A stretch of DNA of 64,000 nucleotides, from assembly GCA_013416795.1 (NCBI GenBank), contig RQSC01000007.1, forward strand, positions 200,707 to 264,706, in the 5' to 3' direction. The notes under the pieces are model-generated. The model did not search any database. It saw nothing but the letters and a program-made list of their open reading frames with translations, and was not told where the DNA came from. Source of the stretch: Prasinococcaceae sp. CCMP 1430 (taxonomy: Eukaryota; Plantae; Prasinodermophyta). Made by a program: the position numbers and the translations under genes. Below, piece after piece: positions 32,129 through 43,162 of this stretch; position 1 is the first letter of the stretch; every line of letters starts with the position of its first letter.

Positions 32129-32411
32129 CATCCAAAGACCGTGCCTGACGACGGGGCGAGTGATGAATGGTGCGACAGCATGGGTGGCGCGACAATCAAA
32201 TCTCATGGTGCACGTCGCGAGCAGAGTTAGGGTTTCGAAGGGTGTCAGTGTGACGTGTGCACAGGCGCGACAGGCATCCACAGACCAGAGTGGAGAGGCA
32301 AGGGCGAAGCGCGGGAGTGTGGGGGGTTCCACTCAGCACGAGCGGGGCGCGTGCGGCTGCGGGGTCAGCCGCCCGGATCGAAAGCACGGCTGCCGAATCG
32401 CCGTGGCGGCG

Positions 32412-33607
32412 ATGATGGCGGACGCCTCCGGCGACCCGTCGATTGCGCAGGCCGTCGCGGACATGCGCAGCGACACGGTCACCAAGCCGACGCGCGCCAT
32501 GCGCGAGGCGATGCTCAACGCGACGGTCGGGGATGACGTGCTCGGCGATGACCCGACTGTGATGGAGCTCGAGGCTCAGGCGGCCAAATGGCTCGGTAAA
32601 GAGGCGGCGCTCTTCACGACGAGCGGTACGCAGGTGCGTTGGTCGTGGGCGCGGCCGCTGCCGTGCCGAGCGTGCGCGATGACTCGCGCGCAAACAAGCT
32701 GACAGCCACCACTCACACCCACCCTCGGTGGAAACAGGCGAACCTGTGCGCCGTCATGGTGCACTGCGCACAGCGCGGCTGCGAGGTCATCCTTGGCTGC
32801 GACTCGCACATATGCATCTATGAGGGCGGCGGCATCGCCAACGTGGCGGGCGCGCACCCGCGCCAGCTCCCAAACAACGCCGATGGCACCATCGATCTCG
32901 ACGCCGTTGAGGCAGCCATACGGCCGAACGACGTGCACTTCCCGCGCACGGCGCTGCTGTGCATCGAAAACACGCACAATCGCCGCGGCGGCGTGGCTCT
33001 GCCCGTTGAATACATGGATGCGGCAGGCGCGCTGTGCAAGCGGCGCGGCCTCAGACTGCACGTCGACGGCGCTCGCCTGCCCAACGCATGCGTAAAGATG
33101 GGCGTCAGCGCCGCGCGCATGGTGCAGGCGGCCGACTCGGTGTCGCTGTGCCTGTCTAAAGGCCTGGGCGCGCCCGCGGGATCAGTTCTCGCCGGCAGCA
33201 AGGCTTTCATCGCTGAGGCGCGCCGTGCGAGGAAGGCTCTCGGAGGGGGGCTGCGCCAGGTGGGCGTGCTCGCCGCGCCTGCTTTGCTGGCGCTCACCAC
33301 GATGTGGAATAGGCTCGAGGAGGACCATGCGCGTCTGGTGGGTCTGCACGCCAAACTAGCGACAGTGAAAGCCCTCGATGTGCCGCCCATGCCACCGACG
33401 GCCACCAACATGCTCTACGTCGGCACGCGCGCGCTTGACGCGAAAGCAATCTGTCAATTACTGGAGAGCGAGCACGGCGTGCGCGTGCTACCGGTGGGCC
33501 CGCATGAGATCCGGTTGGTGTGCAACTACATGGTGACTGACGAGCACGTCGAGGACCTACACACCAAGTTCGCAGCGGCTGCCGAGGCTGTCGCCAGTCC
33601 AGTGTAA
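32412..33607 (+). CDS. THA1: Low-specificity L-threonine aldolase; intron about 32634-32738
   Basis: [38 protein letters not shown]|[32 protein letters not shown] (PLP lysine) and RKALGGG.RQ.G. Confidence 0.92.
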
Positions 33608-33671
33608 TGTTTGAATGCTATTATGAGTGTCGCGCGGCGCAGCGTCGGCACAGGCGCCTCGTAGTATTTCT

Positions 33672-34433
33672 TCAACCGACGAGACCGGTGTCCCACCACG
33701 GCGCCTTGGGCGTCGGCCACACCTTCTCCGAGTCGAGGTCGACGTCTATGGGCTCGTCGAAGATGGCCAGGAACTCATCGAGTGTGGGCGCATCATCGCC
33801 CGCAAGCAGACCGAGGAGCTGCTCGCCGCCCGCGGGCAGCAGATCGGGACGCTTGCCCTTGAGGTTAGCGAGTAGCCCCCGCGCGTCGGTCTCGGATACG
33901 GTGCTCAGGTGCCCCCCCAGCTTGAGCATGGCAAGGTTGGTGGAGCTTGCGAGGTCAACAGCCGCCCTCGCATCGTCGGGCGTGATGGCATCGCCGACAC
34001 CGCCGCTGACATACGCTGCGCGCCAGCCGGCGAAGGCGCGCGAAGGCACATCCTCAGTGAAGGCAATGATCCGCGCCTCGCGTAGCAGCGACTCTTCGCA
34101 AGGTGTGCTCGTCAGTCCCCGCACCGCCGCCATCAACTGGCGCGTCGGCGCCTCCACCATGTGCACGCACACCGTCTGAAACACGAGCAGCATGCCCGTG
34201 GCGCCCACTTGGTCCGCCGCCCCGTCGGCGCCGCCCACGGTGGTGGCGTTTCCACTCTCTGAGAGCACGCGCTCGCACATCGACGCCATCTCATCCGCGC
34301 GCAACAGTTTGTCGGACGTGCGCCCCACGTACACGAGGCGGCTCACCATGGCCGCGCCGCCACCCTCGGCCATTCGCTCCTGCACAACATCGAGCAGCGT
34401 CGTGCGCGGGGCCACGGCGGTGGCGTCCTCCAT
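33672..34433 (-). CDS. BLUF-like fold protein of the DYBLUP/MOT7/TEX47 family (ciliary dynein-associated), intronless
   Basis: RLVYVG, GATGMLLVF..VCVHMVEAP...L, ARIIAFTEDVPSRAFAGW and C-terminal PIDVDLDSEKVWP follow the BLUF-like pattern of the TEX47/MOT7 family. Confidence 0.7.
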   Translation of the reverse strand: MEDATAVAPRTTLLDVVQERMAEGGGAAMVSRLVYVGRTSDKLLRADEMASMCERVLSESGNATTVGGADGAADQVGATGMLLVFQTVCVHMVEAPTRQLMAAVRGLTSTPCEESLLREARIIAFTEDVPSRAFAGWRAAYVSGGVGDAITPDDARAAVDLASSTNLAMLKLGGHLSTVSETDARGLLANLKGKRPDLLPAGGEQLLGLLAGDDAPTLDEFLAIFDEPIDVDLDSEKVWPTPKAPWWDTGLVG

Positions 34434-34691
34434 CTCGGCCAGCGGCCACGCGAGGAGGTGCGGCACGCCGGGCGCCTCCTCCCCCGGCGCGGGCGGCGCG
34501 GCAGCGGCTCCCTAAACCCCCCACCCCCACACAACGGCGCGGCCCTCACCGGTGCGAGTGCCCCAAAAGCGGCGCGGCCGATGGCAAACCAAATGCGAGC
34601 CGCTCCCCGTTTGCCGCGCCCGCGAAAGCCTGCGGAGAGCTTTGATGTTGATGAGCAGCACTACCCGAGCATTCGTGACCCAAAACCTCAA

Positions 34692-34724
34692 TTGGCGCGA
34701 AATCCCTAACCCTAACCCTAACCC
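34692..34724. repeat. Interstitial (CCCTAA)3CCC telomere-like repeat next to an E2F-like TTTCGCGC/CCAAT motif
   Basis: attggcgcgaaatCCCTAACCCTAACCCTAACCC, about 270 bp upstream of the DYBLUP-like ATG. Confidence 0.7.
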
Positions 34725-35125
34725 ACGCATCGCTCGCTCGCGAGCGCACCCCCGAGGGGCGCTCGAAGCGGCGACAGCGGGGGTTGGGGGACCGTGCTCG
34801 CGCGCGCCCAGGGCACCCCTGGCTCGGCGCCGCGCCCGCCACCCCGAAACACGAGGGTGACGAGCGCGGACTTCCTCGAGCTCCTCGACGCGATCGGCCC
34901 CAAGGGTGAGTGAGGCAGCACGTAGCGGCTGTCGCGGCGGGGCTGGGCCGACGTGCGCGAGCGCATCCTACCGCGTTGCTCTGGACTCACGAGCTCAAAA
35001 TTGTATGTTGATTCATTAGCAAAAAGACACAATGTTTGTGTGGCCCGTGGTTGACCTGTTTGTGTTTGAGTGCGCGTTCCTGGCACTTGAGGGCGAGCGG
35101 AACCTCAGCTGCCCAGCGCCGCCGC

Positions 35126-36626
35126 CTACTGCAGCTCACCGGCCGCGCGATTGAGAACGGCGCCGGCGTGGTTGAGGATGAGGTTGAAGAAGGTCGGCGC
35201 GAGCTTGCTGTTCCTGACCTGCCTGAGCGAGATGCCGCGCTCGGGATCCTTGGCCTGCACCATGTCGTGCAGCTGGCACAGCAAGTCGTCGAAGCCGACG
35301 AGCGCACCAGGCGGTGCATCCGTGTCGTCGATGGTGTCGTAGAACTGGCGCAGGTCGCAGCGCCCGAGGTATCCATCCTCGTCGACATCAACGACGCGGA
35401 ACCAGAACGCCACAGCCTCCGAGGTGGCCTTGTACTCGCTGTGGCGCACGAGCCCAAGGAAATCGTCGATGCACACGCGCCCGTACTTCCTGCTCTGAAA
35501 ATTCCAGCACTGCAGAACGCGGTCAAGCACCCACGGATCGAGCTGCGCGAACGTCTCGTACCGACGCAGCTCCGCGGGCCCGATCAGTCCATCGTGGTCG
35601 TCATCGAGCAGGCAGAAGTGGTACCGCGCGGCATAAGCGCGCTTCTGCGAGTCGCACTCGCTTAGCGCGCCCTCCAGCAACTCGAAGTCGCGCTGCAGCG
35701 CCGCCGATCGCTCGCGCTCGCGGTCGAGCTGCATCTGCATCGATCCCTCGCGGCGCGCAGCCATCGCCATATACGCCCCCGCCTGCACTGTATTTGACCA
35801 CAGCGCCGTGCCGGCCTCGCCCTCGCCGTCCTCTGCGCTAGCCTCGGGGACGTCGTCATCTTCAGGGTCAGGGACGCCTGCGCTCCCCTCATTGCCCTCG
35901 AAGACCCCTGCATCCATCGCGACGTCTGAGCTCAGCTGCTCCATGACCTCATCCACCTCGACGTCCGCAGCAGACTCCGCAACCTCCTTCGCAGGGGGCT
36001 GCGAGGACACCGGAGATGACTGGCCCTTCAGCTCTGCGCGCTCGGGCCGCCCTGGCCGCTCGCTCGGCAATGCGTGCTCCACGTGGTCCATCGGGGGGGG
36101 CGCCCCTCTAGGCTCCTGGTCGCTGTGCTGCGTGCCCTCTATTGGTCCCGCCCATCGCTCCCCCGCAGGCTGTCCGCGTCCGGCCTCCGCCTCAGACACG
36201 CCCACAGGCGCAGCAGCCTCAGCGCCGATGCCGTGCAGCTTTGCCAGGATAGCGAGCTCATCCTCCGCTTTTGTGGCGCGCGCGTCCGCATCTGCCTCGG
36301 CGTCCGTGAGGAGCTGCACCTCTTCCTGCAGCAATCTGATGCGCTCTGTCAGCATGGCGACCGCGTTGTCCTTCTGTGCGCAGTGCACCAGGAGCACCTG
36401 GATGGCCTCGTCTTTCTTGGAGCACTCGCGCGCGAGCACGCTGACTTTGTCACGCAGGGTGCGCGTCGCAGTGCCAGCCGCGTACGCCGTCGAGGACGGG
36501 CTCGACCACACGCGATGCTGCAACGTGCCCGTCTCGTCGGCTTGCAGCAGCAGCTGCTGCTCCTCCTCGTCCTGCTGCCGCTGCTTGTGCTGCTGCTGCT
36601 GCTGCCGCTTATGCTGCTGTCGCTTG

Positions 36627-36657
<31 letters not shown>

Positions 36658-37270
36658 GCGGATGCCCCGCACGCTCCCTCGAGCCCGCGCTGCTGGCACG
36701 CCGCCTGCGCGGACGTGCCACGCTGGGGGACGGTGCGGGCATCCCCTCGGAGGGCGCACTCTGCGGACTCTGTGCACCCCCCCTTGCGCGTTGGTGCTGT
36801 TCCCCAGGGTTGCTGCTGCCGCGCACCGCGCGATCGAGCCCGCGCGCCGACGCCGACAGAGCTTGCCGGTATGGGTTGGTGCGTTTCGAGTGCGGCCTCT
36901 TCGGCGAGTGCGGCCGCTTCGGCGGCGGCGCCGGCTGCCTGCCAAGCTTGCTGCCTGCTGCTGCGCCCCCCGCGAGCGTGAAGTGCTGCTCGCGCTGGCG
37001 CTCCTGCGCCTGCGCGTCGACCTGCGCGTGCGTTTCCTCCGCCCCCGTCGCCTTGCTGTGCGCGTGCGCGTGCGCACCGGCGCCTGCGATTGCGCGCTGC
37101 GGGTGCGCGACGATTCTCCTCCGGAAGCCCCCCGCAAGCGCGCCGCGATGCGCGTGCGCGCTCGCGTCGGCGTCGCCCTCACCCGGGTCCTTTCCCTGCA
37201 GAGCCTCCTTGGCGCCCGCGCGCCCCGCCGCGTGGTCTCCTGCCAGCGCGCCGCCGTGCCCGTCCGCCAC
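35126..37270 (-). CDS. Large protein with low-complexity/polyQ N-terminus, coiled coils and a C-terminal PP2A B''-like (PR72) EF-hand pair; 5' end unresolved
   Basis: HFCLLDDDHDGLIGPAEL, AFWFRVVDVDEDGYLGRCDLRQFY, FDDLLCQLHDMVQ and ISLRQVRNSKLAPTFFNLILN resemble the PPP2R3 C-terminal half. The frame stays open upstream to about 37519 without an ATG. Confidence 0.72.
36545..36658 (-). repeat. Imperfect (CAG)n tract encoding polyQ (QQQQQQQQHKRQQHKRQQQQQHKQRQQ)
   Basis: tgctgctgc runs on the plus strand, inside the EF-hand gene. Confidence 0.85.
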
Positions 37271-38321
37271 GCGCCGCGCGAATCCCGGCGGCCCGCTGAG
37301 CTCGACGGCGCCTACCGCGCCGCCCGCCCCCGCCTCTCCAGCGCATTGAAGCCATCGTCGTCTGCTGTGTTCATGAGAAGCGCCGTCTGCTGCAGCGCGT
37401 GGCGCGCTCGCTGCGCGACACGGTGGAGACCGCTCGCCCGCTGCCGCAACCCTCGCCGCCTGCAGCGGCTGCTGCGCCTGCGCGCGTGGCGTCTGAATTG
37501 GCGCGCGAACAAATCTTTTTCATAAAAACCCTGCAGCGACACCACCCCGACAGCACAGCCACGGAAGATTTTTCGCCGGCGCGGTGCCAGAAGGGGGGGA
37601 AGAGGCCCGCGCTATCCTCGCTCGGCCGCGGCCCGGGCCGAGGGGATTGTGTTTGGTTTCTCCCCGGCCGGGCCCCGCCCCGCCCGAGCCGCCAGAGAGC
37701 CGCCGAGAGCCGCCGTTTTAGGCGCGTTTGCCGCCTGGCTGCCCGCTCGAAATACGGGCGGGCGCACAGCGTGGCGCCAGCGTGGCGCGCGGGTGTTCCC
37801 CCTCTGCCCAGGGCCCCGGCAGGGGAGGGGGGTGGCCGGCCGGCGAGGGGGACCCACACCAGTCCCGAGATCCCATCGAGGTTGGCTCAACTCACGCGGA
37901 CAGTCAGTCCTCTTTGCCGCATGAAACTCATCTTTCATCGCGAAGGTTTTCTTTCACTCTGATGAACGCACACATGCATCATGAGAACAAGGCGGAGGAC
38001 TTGATTGACCCGGTGGGGGAACTTTGGAGTTGGGAATCGGTCGTGTTGGGTTCCTCCTCGACCAGCCAGAGTTCCCCCGCGCGCGCGCGCGCGAGCGTGC
38101 GTGCGTGCGCGTGCCATGCGCCATGGTTGGTTGGGCGGGTCGCACGCCGCATGGCGCGGGTCGGTCGGTCGCCCCCTCGCCCTCCCCTGGCTGGCCGGCT
38201 GGCTGGCCAGGGAACGCATGGGGGATTGCCGTCGCGCGCGGCCGCGGCGTCGCGCGCGCGCTTTCGAACGGCGCGGCGCGGCGCGGGCGCGGGGGGTGCC
38301 ACTCCCCGCGCCACTCCGTGC

Positions 38322-38978
38322 ATGAGGAGCCGGCGCGAGCTGCCGGGGCACGGCATGGCCCGCTCGAGGCAGACCGCGCCGCCGCAGCAGCTGCCGCGGA
38401 TGCTGCCCCTGGCGCTCTTCGTGGGGCTGCTGTGCGGTGCGTTCGCCCCCGCACGCGCGGAGGCGCCTGCCGCGTCGCGCTTCCCGCGGCGCTTCCGCGC
38501 GGCCGAGTGCTCGCTCTTTGGCAGGTCGGCGTCGAGCGCGTGCGCGCTGGACAGCACGCTGGGCTCGGACGGCAACGACAGGCTGCTGGTTTCGCACGGG
38601 GAGACCAACTGCACGGTCGTGCTGCGCGGCTGCCACAAGCTGTGCTACGCTGCGCTCGACGCAGCGACCGCGCTGGCGCCCGCGCCTGACGCCGGGCCCG
38701 CCCCTGCCGCGGGGCCCGGGGGCCGCGCGCCGCCGCTGTCGTTCTTCTCGAACATTGAGGTGGTCAGGGGGGGCACTCTGCGCGCGTGGACCTCGCAGGG
38801 CTTCTCGGTTGACGCAGACGGCGGGACAGACGTCGTCCTGCGCTACAGCACGATCACCTGCGGGGCGTTTCAAAACGCGCGGGGGCGCATCGAGGCCCCG
38901 CAGTGCAGCGCGCCCAAGGGCGCTCTCACGAGGCTCGAGCACGGGCTCTTTCCAGCGCTCGGCGAACTGTGTCCCTAA
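38322..38978 (+). CDS. Hypothetical secreted Cys-containing protein
   Basis: Hydrophobic signal-like MLPLALFVGLLCGAFAPARA followed by a roughly 170 aa domain with 8 Cys. TGTAA at 39028. No family recognised. Confidence 0.5.
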   Translation: MRSRRELPGHGMARSRQTAPPQQLPRMLPLALFVGLLCGAFAPARAEAPAASRFPRRFRAAECSLFGRSASSACALDSTLGSDGNDRLLVSHGETNCTVVLRGCHKLCYAALDAATALAPAPDAGPAPAAGPGGRAPPLSFFSNIEVVRGGTLRAWTSQGFSVDADGGTDVVLRYSTITCGAFQNARGRIEAPQCSAPKGALTRLEHGLFPALGELCP

Positions 38979-39247
38979 CTTGACGCGTTCCGATGCGCAC
39001 TCGGATGCGCGGCGTGTACATTCCCACTGTAAATTGCGAGCTACGTCCACCACGCGCGCAGAGCCCCGTCGGGGGACACGGCAAGGGCGCCCACGCAGAA
39101 GGCTCGCCAACTGCGCGGAGCGCGCGGGGCGGGCGACCTTCGAGCGGAGCCCCGCGTGTGCAAACAGGAGTCATTGTACAGGCGCGCGCGTGTGCTACGA
39201 GCGCATATGCTACGAGCTGGCTATCCGCGGTCCAGAGGCGACAGCGT

Positions 39248-40252
39248 TCACTTCAGCGAAAGAATCAGGAGGGTCACGAAGCCCGCCAGCAGCAGGATGC
39301 AAAAGCACATGGTCTTGTTCCTGAAGGACTTCTGGCTTTTGGCGGCCTTGATGAGTTGCTCCTCCGCTCCCTCAGTGTGCGCGCGTGTGTCGACGATGTT
39401 ACTCTCGATATCCTCGATCATCGTGCCTTGTTCATTCACCAGCGTGGCGAGGTCAGTGAAGATCTCGTTGACCTCTCCGATTTGCTGCGCGATGTCCTGG
39501 ATGCCTTCCTCGCGCTCATCGAGCATCGCCGTGTTGAACTCGAGCTGCTGTTCCACCCGTTGTCGCTCGGCCTCGCGTGCCGCTTCCAGGAGCGGGTCGC
39601 TCTCCCGCGCGGCGCTCGTGCCGAAGGGGTCACTGCTGCCACCGCCGCCCGCCACCCCAGCCCCGCCGACCGCCTTCTCCTCCTGCGGCTCGTAGCTGCT
39701 AATCGCCGTCGCATACCTCGCAGCCGAGCGCTCGAACTCCTTTAGCACGCTCTGAAAGTCTGCGACGAGCTTTGTGCGCGCTACCTTATCTGCGCGCGAG
39801 AGCGACTCCGCCGGCACCGAGCCTGCGAGCGACTTGAGGCGCTCCTTCGTGCCCTGTGCATTCGACGAGATTTCGCGTCGCTGTTTCTCGCTGGGCAGCG
39901 CGCACGCCGCGGCAGCGCCGGGTCAGCCTGGCAGGCGCCAAGCGCCGCTCGCCTGGCGCGGCGCTCGGCGCGCGCGGGCCAGCGCCATCGTCCCATGCAC
40001 CCGCACGCGCGAGCACGGCGCGGCGCGCGCAGCCACGCACATCTTCTCCCTCAGCTTGCGCGTGTCCTTTGGCGTGCCGACCTGGTCGACGCTGCGCTTG
40101 AACTGGCTCACGGCGGTCGTCGCGCGGAAGACGTCGCGCTGCAGGGCCACCAGCTCCGGGTCGGCGCGGCGGGCCCCCGCCCCCCCCGCGACTCCCCCAA
40201 GCCCCCCCGCGCCCCCGCCTCCGCCCCCCCCGCGCACGTCCGCGAAGCTCAT
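39248..40252 (-). CDS. SYP22: Qa-SNARE syntaxin of the SYP2/Pep12/STX7-12 class; one intron about 40039-39894
   Basis: Habc domain (VDQVGTPKDTRKLREK; KLVADFQSVLKEF), SNARE motif EREEGIQDIAQQIGEVNEIFTDLATLVNEQGTMIEDIESNI and a C-terminal TM helix. Confidence 0.88.
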
Positions 40253-40431
40253 GCCTGCCGGCGCGCGCGCGCCCCGCGCGCTGTGGCGGCGCCGCGCACC
40301 ACGCGCCGTCCACCCCTCCACGGTGGCGCTTCTGTTCGCCTTCCGAGGGGGCCATGACGTGAAAGTCTACCAAAAAAATATACAAACCCTGAGACAAATT
40401 ACCCCAAATCNGCGCGGGCGCGCCTGCGCGC

Positions 40432-41472
40432 GTGGCGGGGCAGGTCGCGGCCGCGACGCCGAAGCTGGGGGGGCGAGGCTTCGCCGCGGGCGCTCCGCAG
40501 CAGGCGTGCGCGCGATACGTAGCGGGGCCGGGCTCGCAGCGGCACTTCACGCGTGGTTTCGCCTCAGACGCGACCCAGCTGTACACAGACGCGCGCGCAG
40601 CCGCCCAGCGCAAGCAAAGGCAGGTCGCTGAGCAGTTTTCTGCAGCCAGGAGTAAGCTGCCCCCAGTGCCCAAGCCCGTCACCCAGGCAGCGCACAATGT
40701 TGCGTCGTCCGTGGCGTCGGCAGCGACTGGCGGCGTGCGTGCGAGCCGCGAGGCGGTGGGAATTCAACTACAGGCATTCTGGCAGAGCTACGGCACGTAC
40801 GTCTCGCTGGCCGGCGCCGGCTTTGGCGTGTATGTCTTGTGGCGGTCCATGTACGGCGCGGCTGGGTTCTTCGTCGATGTCTCTGAGACCTTCGCTGAGC
40901 TTGGCCTCCTCGGGCTGGCGGTCTCGGTGGGCACATTGGGCATGCTGTACGTGCGGAGCCTGTACACCATCGACCCCGACGCCGCCTACAGGTTGGCGAT
41001 GCGCGCGCTCAACGCGCACGCAGGCGCACTCGAGCTGCTCGGCGCACCGGTGGTTGGATCCGAGGCGCGCGCATTCGTGCAGACCGGCGGCCACCTGCGC
41101 TTGAGCAAGAAGTGGCGCCCCAAGTTCGCGTCGCGCCGATGCCACCTCATTTTCCCGGTGAAGGGCCTTGGGGGCTCGCGCGGCATTGCCTCTCTGGAGG
41201 CCAAGAAGCGCGTGCGCTTCCCGTGGCGGTCGACGATGGAGATCAAGCTGCTCGCTGTCGACGTCCCCAACGCGCCAGGGGGCAGCCTGGGCCGCATCTA
41301 CATCGTCGGCGACGACGACGCGTACGACAAGGGCTCGCGCGGAAAGGGGCTGATGGCGGAGCTGCGCGACCCGCTGCTGCAGGCCATGGCTCGACAAGGC
41401 GATGACGAGGCCGAGGATGACCAGGACGATGAGGACGAAGGGGAGGCGACGCGAGCGGGCGATCGCACATAA
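40432..41472 (+). CDS. TIM21-like mitochondrial inner-membrane protein (plant At2g40800/At3g56430 type); 5' end probably lost in the gap at N 40411
   Basis: Two TM segments, then YTIDPDAAYRLAMRALN...LELLGAP..GSEARAFVQTGG...RRCHLIFPVKG...EIKLLAVDV...ELRDPLLQAM and an acidic tail. No ATG occurs between the N and the conserved region. Confidence 0.75.
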   Translation: MAGQVAAATPKLGGRGFAAGAPQQACARYVAGPGSQRHFTRGFASDATQLYTDARAAAQRKQRQVAEQFSAARSKLPPVPKPVTQAAHNVASSVASAATGGVRASREAVGIQLQAFWQSYGTYVSLAGAGFGVYVLWRSMYGAAGFFVDVSETFAELGLLGLAVSVGTLGMLYVRSLYTIDPDAAYRLAMRALNAHAGALELLGAPVVGSEARAFVQTGGHLRLSKKWRPKFASRRCHLIFPVKGLGGSRGIASLEAKKRVRFPWRSTMEIKLLAVDVPNAPGGSLGRIYIVGDDDAYDKGSRGKGLMAELRDPLLQAMARQGDDEAEDDQDDEDEGEATRAGDRT

Positions 41473-41605
41473 ATTTTCGCGCGCGAGCTCGCGCGTGCTG
41501 AGCGGCGGTAGCTGCCAATGAATATACACATGAAGGTACACGCGGTGCCGAACCGCCCGAGCGCTGGTGGCCACGCGCGCCTGGCAAAGCAGAGAACCCG
41601 CTCCC

Positions 41606-42798
41606 TCAGCGTGGCGCGTACAGCGCCTGCGCCGGCCCGTGCAGGGCCGAGCGGTCGGCGGCGCTTTCGACGGCATGGGCCAACGCGTCAGCCCACGCCG
41701 TGGTGGCGATGCTGGGCACACCCGCCAGCACCTGAGGCAGAGTTCGCGGCTTCGGGAAGTTCCGGAACTTGACGTCGTCGCCGAAAGCCTCCTTCATCAC
41801 CGAGGCCATCGAGGCGCCTGTGCCGTCGACGAGGCCCAGCGCCGCGGCTTGACGCCCTGTGAAGATTTCTCCGGTGAACACCGATTCCGGGTCGGTGCCT
41901 TTGGCTGTGAGCGCGTCCCCGCGCGTGGCGAGCACGGCGTCCTTGAATGCCGCGTGGATATCGTCCAGGACAGTCTGCAGGCGCGCGACAGCGGCGGGGT
42001 CCTCGGGCAGGGTCGGGTCAATCTCCTGCTTTCGAGCGCCAGCGGTGTACTTGCGCCGCTCGAGTCCCCATCGTTCGAGCACACCCGTGATGCCGAAGGT
42101 CCCGCCTACGACACCTACCGAACCGACGATGCTGCTGTCGTCGGCGTAAATCTTGTCTGCAGCACACGCAATGTAGTAGCCCCCACTCGCGGCCACGTCC
42201 TCCGTGAACGCGTAGACCGGCACCTTCTTCTCTGCAGCGAGCTCCCGTATCGCAGTGTAAATGCGGCTGCTCTGCACGGGGCTGCCACCTGGGCTGTTGA
42301 TGCGAAGGGCGACTGCGACGACGTTGGGAGCCTCAAACGCCTTGACGAGTTGGTCTCCAACTGAGTCCAGATTCAATCCTCTGCTCGGTCCCGACCCACC
42401 TGTTCAGAGGGGCCACAGGCGTGGAAGAGAGCAGCGCGCGTCAGCACGTGCAGCCGCTACCTCTCGCCCACGGACGGCTCTGCAGCCCCACTGCACTCTC
42501 TGGGGGGCCCGTGCTCTCACACGCTCACCTCCTGGGCCAATTGCTCGAATGGTACCCTCCAGCCTGCGCCGCGCGGCGTTCAGACCAAGCGTGAGTATCT
42601 GCGCGCATGTGCTCATGCAGCCGCAACGTGCGCGTGGGGCGCTGTGACGCATGCGCTCCCGCTCCCACCTGCGCACAGGACAAGGCGCACCCCCACTCCC
42701 CTGCGACGGCGCCGGCCACCCGCGTGTCGCGCCCGCGCGCACCTCACGACGCTCACCACCTTCCCCGCCCGCGCCCACCAGGGCAGCAGCCACGACAT
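41606..42798 (-). CDS. sppA: S49 family peptidase (short SppA type), three exons (introns about 42742-42564 and about 42527-42401)
   Basis: MSWLLPWWARAGKVVSVVR|LEGTI...ALRINSPGGSPVQS...VYAFTEDVAASGGYYIACAADKIYADDSSIVGSVGVV...VFTGEIFTG..A..LGLVDG. Confidence 0.88.
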
Positions 42799-43162
42799 GG
42801 CCGCCGCGCCCGGCCCCTTGCTTGGCGCGCGCGGGCAGCGCGGGAGTGGCGCGCTGCTGGCGACCTGCTGCCCGCTGCCCCCCGCCGAGGCCGAAATGCA
42901 CACGCCCCGCTCGGCCGCCGCATTCCATGCGGTTTGACCTGGCCTAACATCGTACAGTACAGGGTACCATCATGATGATGCATGCGGTGTAACAGGTGCA
43001 AGGACCTTCGTCTGGGTGAAATGCACACGCACAAAAATGGTGGAGGCCCTGGCTCGTGCTGTGCTGCTGCTGCTGGCCACAAGGCGCGCACTGCGCGGCC
43101 CGGCGCGGCCCCGGCGCGGCGCGAGCCGGCAGGGGAGGGGGCCACGGGGGCGCAGGCACGGC

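Noticed and set aside
40405-40435. TIM21-like gene lacking an ATG as a case of non-AUG initiation
   Set aside because: An N at 40411 separates AT-rich promoter-like DNA from coding-like DNA, so a gap hiding the start is the simpler explanation.
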